Of a DNA stretch of 64,000 bases, positions 1-13,469 are shown one piece after another; position 1 is the stretch's first letter; each line of letters starts with the position of its first letter. The stretch is from the NCBI RefSeq assembly GCF_009914755.1, contig NC_060926.1; one strand, given 5' to 3'. The stretch is from the human T2T-CHM13v2.0 reference genome, Homo sapiens. The notes beneath the pieces are model-generated. The model had not been told where the DNA came from. It did not search any database and saw only the letters and a program-made list of their open reading frames with translations. A program made the position numbers and the translations under genes.

Positions 1-1416
1 ATGAAAGTGGGTTGTTGAAGTCTCCAGTTATTATTGTATTAGAGGTCTATCTCTCTTTTTAGTTCTAATAATATCTGCTTTATATATCTCCAAGTGTTGG
101 GAGATATATTTAAAATTATTTAAAATTTTATATTCTTTTACTAAATTGACCCATTTATGAATATAGCGACCTTCTTGGTCAATTCTTCATAGTTTTTGTC
201 TTGAAATCTATTTTGTCTGATATAATAATAGATAATTCTGCACTATTTTGATTTCTATTGGCATGGAATCTCATTTTCCATTCCTTTATTTTCAGTCTAT
301 ATGTGTCTTTATAGATAAAGTTCAGTTCTTGTAGGCAGCAGATCATTTGGTCTTTTTTTTAAAATTCATTCAGCCATGTAGGTCTTTTGATTAAAGAGTT
401 TAGTTCATTTACATTTAATGTTATTATTGATTACTAAGGACTTACTCTTGTCATTTTGTTATTTGTTTTCTGCTTGTTTCGTGGTGTTCTCTTTCTTCTT
501 TCTTTCCTTCATGTCTTCCCTTTACTGAAGGTGATTTTTCTCTGTTGATATGATTTAGGTTCTTGCACTTTATTTTTTGTGTATTCAAGGTATGTTTTTT
601 GGTTTGAGGTTACCATGAGGCTTGCAAATACTATCATACAAACCATAAAAACCATTATTTTAAGCTGATATTCACTTAATGCTGTTTGCATAAGCAAAAA
701 GAAAACCTAATAAAAACCCCTGTATCTTAACTTCATCTCCCTGTTTTTTGAGTTTTTGTTCTTTCTATTTGTATTTTATTGTACTGCCCATGTCTTCAAA
801 AATTGTAGTTGCTATTTTTGATTGGTTCATCATTTAGTCTTTCTACTTAAGATAACAGTAATTTATACACCAGTTACAGTGTTATAATGTTCTGTGTTTT
901 TTGTGTGTAGTTACTATTACCAGTTTCTATTATAATCTGTTTGTTAAATTTATCTGATAGAATTCTGAATTTCTTTCCTGTGTTATCTTGAATTTCTATG
1001 AGTTTCCTCAAAACAGCTATTTTGAATTCTCTGTCTGACAGGTCATATATGTTTCTTCAGAGTTTTGTACCTTCGGATAATTTCTTACTGCTAATTAAGA
1101 TCCGTTTCTTTCTGATTGAAGTACTTCCTTTAGCAATTCTTGTAGTACAGGTCTGGTGTTATTGAAAGCCCTCAGCTTTTGTCAGAAAAAGTGTTTATTT
1201 ACCTTCATGTTTTAAGGAGGTATTCACCAGATATGCTATTTTAGGTATAGTTTTTTTTTTCTTAATCGCTTTAAGTATGTCATACTGGTCTCCCCTGGCC
1301 TGTAAGATTTCCGCTGAAAAGTCTGCTGCCAGATGTATTGGAGATTCATTATGTGTTCTTTGTTTCCTTTCTCTTACTGCTTTTAGAATACTTTTTTTTT
1401 AACTTTGGGAGTTTGA

Positions 1417-1702
1417 TTATTCTTATTATTATTTGATGCAGGGTCTCACTTTGCTACCCAGGCTGAAGTACAGTGGTGCACTCATAGATCACTGTAGCCT
1501 CAACCTCATGGGCTTAGGGAATCCTCTGGCCTCAGTCCCCCAAGTAGCCGGGACTACAGACATGTGCCACCATGCCCAACTAACTTCTGTATTTTTTGTG
1601 GAGGTAGGGTTTTTACAAGTTGCCCAGGCTGGTATCAAACTTCTGGACTCAAGTGACACTCTCAAAGTGTTGGGATTATAGGCATGAACCACAATGCCTG
1701 GT
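1417..1702 (-). mobile_element. AluJ
   Basis: Diverged dimeric Alu in antisense orientation (…gggtctcactttgctacccaggctg … gattataggcatgaaccacaatgcctgg). Confidence 0.9.
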
Positions 1703-3091
1703 GAAGACAGTCTTCTTTGAGTTAAATGCTCTTAGTGTCCTATAACATTCTTGTACTCGGATATTGATATCTTCCTCTAGGTTTGGAAAGTTCTCTGTTA
1801 TTATCCCTTTGAATGAAATTTCTATCTCTATTTCTTTCTCTACCTCCTGTTTCAGGCAAAGAACCCTTAGTTGTGCCCTTTTGAGGAAATTTTCTAGATC
1901 TTGTAGGCATGCTTTATCATTTTTCATTATTTTTTTAGTCTCCTCTGACTGCATTTTCAAATATTCAGTCTTCAAGCTCATTAATTCTTTTTCTGCTTGG
2001 TCAATTCTACTATCAAAAGATTCTGATGTATTTTTCAGTATGTCAATTGCAATTTTCAGAATGCAATTTCAGAATGTCAATTTGCAATTTTCTATAATTT
2101 GTTTCATTCTTTTTAATTATTTCAATCTCTTTGTAAAATCTATCTGATTGAATTCCAGATTTCTTCCCTGTGTTATCTTGAATTTCTGTGAGTTTCCTCA
2201 AAACAGCTATTTTGAATTGTCTATATGAAAGGTCATATATCTGTTTCTCCAGTATTGGTTCCTGGTGCTTTATTTAGTACATTTGGTGAGGTCATGTTTT
2301 CCTGGATGGTCTTGATAATTGTAGATGTTCATCTGTGCCTGGACATTGAGTGTTAGGTATTTTTTACAGTCTTCACAGTCTGGGCTTATTTATACTCATC
2401 CTTCTTGGAAAGGCTTTTCACACATTCAAAAGGACTTGGGTATTGTAATCTAAGCTGTATCTGCTTTAGGGGACACCTCAAGCCAAGTAACTTCATGATT
2501 CTTGCAGAATTATAGAGGTACACCTTGTCTTGAATGGGATCTGGATGAATTTTTTGGATTATCAGGCGGAGAGACTCATTCTTTCTCCTAACTTTCTCCC
2601 AAACAGACAAAGCTTCTCTCTGTTCTGGGCCACCTGAAGCCTGGGGTGAAATGACACAAGCATGCCTGTGGCCACCACTACTAGGACTGTGTTGGGTCAG
2701 ACCTGAAGCTTGCACAGTGCTGGGTCTCGACCAAGACCTGCTTAACCACTCCCTGGCTACTGCCTATGTTCACTCAAGACCTTGTGGCTCTACTATCAGC
2801 AGGTGGCAAAGCCATTAGGCCTGTGTCTTTTCTTTCATGATGGCAAGTTCCCCCAGGCCCCACTGAGGTCCAGAAATTCTGTCTGAGAGCCAAGAACTAG
2901 AACTAGAGCCAAAACTTTAGATATTTACCTAGCGTTATATTGTATTGTGGCTGTGCTGCTACTCAAATCACAAGATGCAGTTCCTCCCACTCTTCCCTCC
3001 CCTTTTTAAAGGCAGTAACACCTCACTCCATGGCCACTGCCACCACAGGCCCACAGGGAGTACTGCCAGACTAATGCTAATGTCCCCTTAA

Positions 3092-3600
3092 CCATTTTCC
3101 CATTTAGGAAAAAAAAAAAAAGTGCAGCTCTCTGCCAGAGCTCATTTAACTTTACATAAACATGGTCGTTGGGGCTGAAGCAAATCTGACTGATTTTCAA
3201 TATAAAAATAAAATATAAAAACTGTTCTTGAAGTTATTTCTAAACAGAACATCAGAACCATCTGAATCATCAGAATCATCTATTTTGGAAAAATCGGATT
3301 CATCAAATGAATCTTCAGCCAACAACTGTTCGAGAAAGATGTTAGCATCACCATAGGAATACTACATTTTATAGGATTTGACATTTTCAGCAATCGAGAA
3401 TTACTATATTTTGTAAATGGAAATACCACTACTAAAAACAGAATGCTATAAATAGAATGATGTCTTTGTTTCCAAAGTCAATACACTAAAGTGATGTGAA
3501 CATAATAAAAGTGCAGTATTTCATGACAAAGTTATCTTTGGGTAAACACTGTAGCCACAAGTGCCACTAGTGAGTATTCTTGGGGCAAACAGAAAAAAGG
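3092..3600 (-). mobile_element. MER75, non-autonomous piggyBac DNA transposon, full length
   Basis: Flanked by TTAA (3088-3091) and TTAT (3601-3604). The ends ccattttcccattt and aaacagaaaaaagg are imperfect inverted repeats. The interior matches the recalled MER75 consensus, and host L1 sequence resumes across the TTAA. Confidence 0.9.
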
Positions 3601-4889
3601 TTATGGCCCTTGGGCTCTTAAGTCATCTTGTGGTGAATGCTGCCTGACCTGGGACTCACCCTTCAGGGCAGTGAGCTCCCCTCTGGTCCAGGGCATGTCC
3701 CCAAATGCCATCTAAGAGCCAAGGCCTGGAATCGAGGACCCCAAGAGCCCGTTAGAGCCCCAGAGCTCTAATCTCTGTGGCCAAGCTGGTATGTAAGGTG
3801 CAAGACAAAGTCTTCTGCACTTTTACCTCTGCTTTTCCCAAGCAGAAGGAGTCTTGCCTCATTATCACCACTGCTGGGAATGTGCTAAGTCTCACCTAAA
3901 GTCAGCAAGTCGCAGAGTCTTCCCCAAGGCCCACAATCTGCTACCTGGGTATCACTCTTAGTTATTCAGGGCCCAAGAGCTCTTTAGTTATCAGGTAATG
4001 ATTTCTGCCAGAACTGGATCATTCCGTTCAAGGCAGCAAGTTCTCTTCTGGCCCAGGGTTTGTCTAGAAATGTCATCCAGGAGTTAGGGCCTCAGAAGGG
4101 CACCTTGTGACTCTAACAGGTGCCCTATGCTGCTGTGGCTGAGCCGCTATCCAAAGTGCAAGACAAAATCCTCCCCATTCTTCCTTCTCCTCTCCTCAAG
4201 CAGAAAGAAGGGGTCTATTTTGGAGCTACAAACGATGCAGCCTGGGCTTACAGGAGGGATGATTTCAGCACTCTTTTATCTGCCCTAGCTTGTGTCTCAG
4301 TATGTCATATGACCCCTCAGTTCACTGGCTCTGGGTCCAGTTCAGCACTTCGACTTATCTAGGAGTTGCAGTTCTTGTTGCATAGGCTGCCTTTCAAGTT
4401 TATTTGGTGACCAACAGCACTTTAGCCCACAGTAGCAAGGCTTGTGGGAATTCAAGTTCCAACCACTAGGACCAGTGATTCCCCTCTGTCTAGGGTAGGC
4501 TTAAATGCTCCCTCCATGGGTGGGCATCAGCTGAATTTGGTCCAGTCTTACTTTTTGCTATAACAGGGTAGCACTAAGTTCAATGCCTCACATTTGGTTG
4601 ACTCCCCCTCCCCTCAGTACGCAGAATCACGCTCTGCACCTTGCTGCCACTGCTGGGGTATGACCGAGGGGTAGCATTGGTGATTCAAGACTGTTTTTCC
4701 TGCTTCTTCAGTGCATCTTTCATATATAAAAGTTAAAAGCAGGTACTATGAGTGCTTACCTGATTTTTGGTTCTTATGAAGGTGCTTTTTTTTATGTAGA
4801 TAGTTGTTAAATTGATGTTCTTGCAGGGGGGATAATTAGTGGAGCCTTCTATTGTACCATCTTGCTCTACTCTTCTCTCCAGAAGTGTT

Positions 4890-6710
<1,821 letters not shown>

Positions 6711-6729
6711 ATATTATTGTGGAATTAAT

Positions 6730-7330
6730 AGCCATTTGTGTGGATTATAGCTATCAATATTACTGACTAGACTGTTAAAACTAAGAAAAGTTAAAGGTAT
6801 ACAGTGATTTATTTTAAAATAATAATAACTATTACATGCTGGCATAGGTAACATTTTTATGAAAATAACTAAACTTACTGAAAACTGGGACAACAGTTTA
6901 CAGCTTTGCAAATCTTTTTTTAAGCCTGACAATAGAAGGCAATTAGATCCTCATATGATTTTGCTTTCAATCTATTGGTATATGTTGTACTGGTTGATTA
7001 AAGAAAATGCAGACTCACACAGATACATAGTTGAAAAACACAGTAATATTTTAATAGCCTTTTCGAATAATTGTGACCATTATTTGATATTACATCAAAA
7101 CTCAACAAGTGGAAATTTCTTAAAGGTGTGTTGCAATGTGAAAATTCAAATTATGTCAATACATTTTACATGCCCTATTACATTAAAACCCATTATGCTG
7201 CAGTGCACATTGAATGGATTTTATCCATGTGTGGATGGCTCATGGACTATAAATGAGAAAAAATCTTGATTCTCTGAGTTCTGCAGTTCTTTCCAAGTTA
7301 TAAGTAATTTCATTCTACAATGTCTAAGTA
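6730..7330 (-). mobile_element. Charlie1 (hAT) DNA transposon internal fragment
   Basis: Matches recalled Charlie1 sequence (…ttttaatagccttttc…aaaactcaacaagtgg…ttcttaaagg…gttgcaatgtg…ttacattaaaa…tgaatggat…). Confidence 0.7.
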
Positions 7331-8164
7331 AAAAATTTCAGTTTCATCTTGAGAAAAGAGTCTATTTTCTCCCTATATCACCATTCACTAGGTCTTTGAT
7401 ATTCTGTATAAGTAAGTAGTTACAATCATCCCCCTATGAGTAAATCTCTAACTTCTATCTCTTTATGCTTCTTTTTATACAGGTAGAAACTGTTCTATTA
7501 CAAAATTAATATTCATATTATACTTATTATGGAATATGAACCCTTCAAGATCTGGTTCCTCAAATACGTTAACAGCCTTCTTACCCTCCTATTTGCTAAA
7601 CTCAAAGTTTCCAGAATTCAACTTGCTTGTACACATTTTGTCGACTTTCCACACATCCATACATGTATAGGTATTCTTATTCTGGAGAGCTCTTTATCTT
7701 CTTGACCAAAGAACTTTTATAGTCTGGTAAACTGAGTTTCTTTGCTGTTATTTGAGACAAGCTTCCTTTACCATTTTGATTGAGATAGGGGGTTCCTTTC
7801 ATGTACTGACATAATAGCTGATCCTACCACTGTCTTTGTCTTTTTTATGAATTGAGGAAAGGCACTCCTTCCATTTGGGTACAGGCATACACAGGATTTG
7901 GCAGCCTGTTGGAACCTTATTCAGTGAGAAATAAGCAGGTCTTTCTCTAGCTGGAAACAGCCTCCAAGTGGGCACAGGGCTAGAAGGAAATAACTGGCTT
8001 GAACTTTGATCATCACACATCAGTCATCCAGGAGTAAGAGTCATTGTAAGATGACAGTACGCAAAATCCTTTCTGCCTGTCCCAACCCTCTCACAGCACA
8101 TTTTCTTTTCATTATATAAAAACATCCCCAGGTAAACTCTAAGCAATTTGAGGGAAGAATCTCT

Positions 8165-8245
8165 GCTCTACCTGTGTCCCCAGGGTGCAGCACAGAATCT
8201 GACACACAGACAGCTTCGCCATATGTATGTTGAATAAGTGAATAT
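8165..8245 (+). mobile_element. L2 3' end fragment
   Basis: ctgtgtccccagggtgcagcacag…tatgttgaataagtgaat, typical of an L2 tail. Confidence 0.55.
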
Positions 8246-8589
8246 TTGATGAAACATATCAAGATGAATATCTATCTACAAGAAAAAACAACGTTCATCG
8301 GGGACTTCTCTCTGAGCTCATGTCATGGTATATATGTCTTGTGTCCTTCAACTGTCAAATTCAATACACCATCAATCTTCAGTTGATAGATTAGTGTGGA
8401 AATTTGAAGCATTAAAATGAAATTATTCATGGGAAAAGATTTTTTTCTTTTCAAAATAGAAGTGTGAGGCATGAAAAGTACATGAATAAATATATTTGAC
8501 ATATTAATTTGGGTAATAATTGAAGGAGAGAAAATAAAATTTTCAAACCTGCTTCTAGATCATGGAAGGTTCAGAGGGAATGAGATGCT

Positions 8590-8815
8590 GTGGAAGAGCA
8601 CACATTGTTAACCTTGATGAGAATGGGTGGGTATGCTGGCTAAGTTCCTTTCTGGCCACATGAATTTGGGCAGATTGGTTATCTTCTCTGATCACAGGTT
8701 TGTCATTTGTAAAATAAACGTATCATTACCTCCATTGCAAGGTTGTTGCGAAGATTTAAAAATGAACGATGCATATAAAATACCTAGAATAGTATTCTGA
8801 ACTTTGCAGGCACTA
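8590..8815 (+). mobile_element. MIR
   Basis: MIR core: ttgggcagattggttatcttctctga…tcatttgtaaaat…ggttgttgcgaagattta…tgcatataaaatacctagaatagt. Confidence 0.65.
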
Positions 8816-9129
8816 TCTGGTAGTTCTCCACAATTAAATATGAGATATAAATAAGAGAGATATATATCTCATATATGTCTCATATTACATAAGTAAAAGA
8901 CTCTAAATAATTTTAGATCTGAATGAAGTTCAAAGATGACAATTATTTATTTTCTTGATGGGTTGTATCTGTTTTGGATACTTCCTCATATTTTCATATC
9001 AGTGATAAATATATAAAAAGGTGTACATTTAAAAATATTTAAGTCAATATACAGAATTTTAAAAATGGATATTTGCTTCAAGTTGACTCCTGAGGAGCCA
9101 TTAAAACAAAAGAGAGAGAGAAATGCATA

Positions 9130-9480
9130 GTTGCTTTATTATTTAATAATGCATTTGGCTTCAGATAAACAAAAACATAACCTACAGCAACTTTGAAATT
9201 TGAGTTTTGTTATACGTACCATAAAATCTTGAGAGGAGCAGCCTCGAGCTGGTAAAGAAGCTCAATGTACCAGGAAGGATGCAGGTTCTTTTTATTTCTG
9301 ACCACCACCACTGCCACTGAACTTTCATCCCACCTTTTTCATCTTTTACAGCTTTCATTCTCATGCTTATTCTCCCTAGTTGGCAGGATAGATTTTACAC
9401 CCTCAGGGATCACTTGGCTGCCCATAGCTGCAAGGATGAATGGAAGTTTAATTTTTAGCTTTCCAGAACTCATAGTAGAG
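9130..9480. mobile_element. Old MaLR (MLT1-like) LTR fragment
   Basis: Weak similarity to MLT1 LTR motifs; boundaries approximate. Confidence 0.35.
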
Positions 9481-10919
9481 GAGGGCAAGTGAAGAGATTA
9501 AGAAGCATATTGATTGAGGCCAACTACAATATCTTCTACAGCAACGAATCAACCTATGTACACTTAAAGGTTATCATACACATGTTTGAAATTAAACAAA
9601 TTTATCAGTATTCTACATTATACTTCTTACTTCAATTGGTTTTGTATTTTAACATGAAAAATGTCAATAGCAAAAAATGCACCCTGTTTTAATACTGTGT
9701 GTTTAATAAACATGTGTCCTAAGACTTTCATATATAGAAAGTTTGTTGAAAGAGGTATTAGCTTTATTTTATTCACCCCAATAATTCAAATTAGATTTTA
9801 ACTTACATGAATTACATATTGTCATTGAACAAGGTTTGTGGCAATTATAAAATATCTTAGATTTAAACACTTTAAGTACCTTTTCAAGTAAGACATAACT
9901 TTTGTGAACCAGTTGTAAACTTGTAATATGTAGATGGTCTCTTTTACTTTTACTCAATATTTTATAATAATAAATTATTTTGAATAGTGGCAAATAAGAA
10001 TATGTTATATGTTGTGAAAAGAAACGGAGTTACTAAATAGAATCTGACACCACTAAGTAGGGAATAGATTTGTAAGATCTGAAAGATCTGTCAGTAGATC
10101 GGAGAGCTCTGTAAGTAGGTGTGTCTTTTGTTTTAACATCAAATCTTTAGATGATAATTTACAATATTTTATTTTTTATGTACTTACAAAAGTGATTTTT
10201 GATCATTTGTCAAAAACTAATTTACTTTATGCATATTACAGTAAAATTAGGCAAGCTGACTTGAAATAGGACATAACCTTGGAAACTTTCAACATTTTTA
10301 TATCTTTTTTAGCCAATCAGAATTTTTGTCTTCCTCGCTAATATTCCTGGTATCTGCCTCTTATTTTTAGCACCCATTAACTTAGTTTTTATTGAAGTAA
10401 GAAGCACAAAAGTATCATAACTACTTTTATTTTTGTTATTTTAGAGCAAAACCAAATATGTCAAATGAATTCCATTTATCTCATAATAATTTCTTAAAAT
10501 CAAGATACATTCATATAATTATTTTCTTTGTTTTTTTCTCCTTTTCTATTTTATGCTACATATTTATTGACCTGTTTTTATTCATTTATATAAGTATTTA
10601 CCACATTTATGAATGTCTGTTTCTTGGACGAAAAAAGACACATGGAGTTGTTGCATTTAAAAGTATGTTTTGGGTACATGTTTGGCTAGTGACATTGATA
10701 AGGGATGTCATTTGTAAGAGGATCATGGAAGCCAAGGAGAAGTTACAGAGAAGTAGAAGGGCAGGAAGACAGATGTATTTATTGAGACAGTGTAAAGACA
10801 TATAAGCAGTATCAGTAATATTTAGTGATAAAAGACTAAAGGATTAACATATAATTTTTGAGAGAAACATACACTTCACATGGTTTGTTCAAAGATGTCA
10901 CCAATATATTTTTTAAACT

Positions 10920-11172
10920 TAGAGGGTATTTCTGGATGAGTTCAGGATTTAAATCAGTGAATTTTGGGTAGATTGCCTTTCATAACATCGGTGGGCCCTA
11001 TTCAATAAGTTGATGGCTGACTAGAACAAAAAGACCAGCCTCCCCAAGCAAGAGGGAGTTCTCCAGCAGACTGTCTTAGGACTTCATCTGCACAGGTGCC
11101 TATTCTGGGTCTCTAACCTGCCAGCCAGATTTAGGACATGCCAGCCTCCATAATTATGTGAGCAGTTTCCAC
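10920..11172 (+). mobile_element. MLT2D-like ERVL LTR fragment
   Basis: gggtatttctggatgag…gattgcc…ctagaacaaaaagaccagcctccccaagcaagagggag…ttaggacatgccagcctccataattatgtgagc; same family as the LTR at 63204-63698. Confidence 0.75.
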
Positions 11173-11879
11173 GTGATATGATTGTGTATGTACAATATCC
11201 AAAAGAATATATAAAATATTATAATTAAAACAGAAACTTTGTAGGATTCCTCTATACAAGGTCAATATAAAAATAAATTGCATCTTTATATACCAGCCAT
11301 CAAGAATTAGAAACTTAAATTTTAAGAATTATACTGTTTACCATACAATTCAAGATGGACAAGTCTCCTGCAAATAAAACTATAAAATATTAGGGATTGA
11401 AATTGAAGAAAAGATGAATATATAAAAAAAAATTCCCAAATTCAAAAAAGGGTATTAGTATTCCCAAGGTATTCTTAGGTTTGATGCAATCAAAATCCCA
11501 GAAAGTTTTTAAATATTGATAAGTTGATTTGAAAAATCTTATAGAACTAGGAACAGCCAAGAATAGTCAAAATAATATTGAAAAAGAAAGAAAAAATGTC
11601 AGACTCACAATACCATAAGTCAAAAAATATTATAAAGTTACAATAACTAAGACACTATAATAGGATTGATAAACACAACAATTTAATAGAATAGAGTCAA
11701 GAAAAACACCCACACATTCATAGTTACAAAAGTATCACTGATGTCCAGTTGGAAAAGGGACCCTTCCCAAAATATAGTACTGGGTTAATTAATTCTCCAG
11801 ATGCACAAACAACCCATTCTAGATGGATTGTAGATCTATCCATAAAACTTTTAAAAAATTAAAATAAATTAATTGTTGT

Positions 11880-12412
11880 ATTTAATTGGAGAGTCACTAG
11901 CCACCTGACTATTTATATTTGAATTAAAAATTAAAACTTCATCCAGGCTCAATGGCTCACACCTGTAATCCCAGTAGTTTGAGAGGACAAGGCAGAAGAA
12001 TTGCTTGAGGCCAAGAGTTTGAGATAAGCCTAGGAAACATAATGACACTCTTTTGAATTTGGGGTGTCTCTAAACAAAATAAAATAAAAACTCTACAACA
12101 AAATATAAAAATTAGCTGGGCACAGTGGCTTGCACTTGTAGTCCCAGCTACTCTGGAGACTGAGGAGGAAGCATCCCTTTAGCACAGGAAGTTGAGGCTG
12201 CAGTGAGCCCTGATTGCACCACAGTACCCCAGCCTGGACAACAAAGGGAGAGTCTGTCTCTAAATAAATTAAATAAAAAAATTATTTTATCAGTAGTAAT
12301 AGCTACATTTCAAGATCCCATTATTCCCATACAGCTAGTGACTACTGTATATAATCAGCACAGATGTAGAATATTTTCCTCATCTTGGAAAGTTCTATTG
12401 GTTACATTGGTT
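11880..12412. mobile_element. MER3/MER33-like hAT element split by an AluJ
   Basis: cactagccac…; tagctacatttcaag…gctagtgactactgta…cagcacagatgtagaatattttc…gaaagttctattgg. Confidence 0.6.
11942..12280 (+). mobile_element. AluJ
   Basis: Diverged dimeric Alu with an A-rich tail and extra bases in the linker region. Confidence 0.88.
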
Positions 12413-13469
12413 CTGGAAAATAACAGTGGAGAATTTCTTCATAAAATTGGTGTAACAAAGATTTCTTAAATAGAAAAGAAAGTGCTAATCTTAAAGACAA
12501 TTTCAATAATAAATTGAACAACCTTAAAATTAAGAACTTTTATTGATCAAACATATCATTAAGAAAGTAAAAAAGATGACTCAGCAAGTACAAGTAGATA
12601 TTTTAATTGCATGTATTTGACTAATATTGAAGAGCACATATTTTTTAAATTCTTATAAATCAATAAGAAAAAAATAGTCAACCAAATCAAAAAATAGAGC
12701 AAAGACTTGAAAGGACATTTCACACAAAAAGAGATACTAAATGTCCAATCAACATCAAAACTATATTGAAAGAAATATATTTATATATTTATATATGTGA
12801 ACATATGTGTACCAAAGGACATGAATTAGCATGCGCATGGCAGCACTGTATGTAACAGCTCCAAATCTGAAACATCTCAAATGTATGTTTACAGTTAAAT
12901 AAGTAAATAAATTGTACTAAATTCATATAATGTAATATGAAACATTAATGAAAATTAATGGATGATTACTACATGTAACTACATGGATGAATATGAATTT
13001 TACACACATTATGTTGAATAAAATAAGCCAAACCAAAAAATATGTAATTTATGATTCTACTTACATAAAATTTTAAAACAGAAGACAATTGAGTTTTAAA
13101 AATCAGTAAGGAAGTTTTATTTGAGCATAACGATGACTAGGAAGTGGAACAAGGTAGGCTTCTTTATTCTGATTAGGTTATATTTTTAATTTTTTTGTAT
13201 TTAAATAAAATTTGGTGGCATTATAATATTTATTTAGTTGTGTATTTGTGATTTGTGCAATTTTCTGTATATATATTATACTACAATATAGAGTTTAATA
13301 AGATAATTTTTAAAGATACATTGTACATTGGGCCTTAACTCTATGTACAAATGCTTTGATAAAGAAGTTCCACTTGAACACTTAAAAGTTTGTTAAGAGA
13401 TCTCACTTTGTGTTCTTACACAATAAAATAAAATTTTAAAAAATAATGTTTAAAAACTGATTTAAAATA

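Larger units (their letters stand above)
1..4875 (-). mobile_element. Old L1 (L1MA/L1M2-like): 5'UTR, ORF1 and start of ORF2; interrupted by an AluJ and MER75
   Basis: Minus-strand ORF 1676-1981 (…LKRAQLRVLCLKQEVEKEIEIE…IITENFPNLEEDINIRVQE…) is L1 ORF1p-like. Bases 1-430 resemble the ORF2 endonuclease start. The minus strand at ~4870 reads GAGTAGAGCAAGATGG, the typical L1 5' start. Confidence 0.85.
11175..13300 (+). mobile_element. Old L1M (L1ME-like) 3' fragment, interrupted by MER3/MER33 and an AluJ
   Basis: Degenerate ORF2 3' motifs and an L1M-type 3'UTR. Confidence 0.65.

Noticed and set aside
6859-7269. 136-aa plus-strand ORF
   Set aside because: It lies antisense to a decayed Charlie1 fragment and shows no recognisable protein features.
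8840-8890. Short palindrome gagatatatatctc
   Set aside because: Expected by chance in TA-rich low-complexity DNA.
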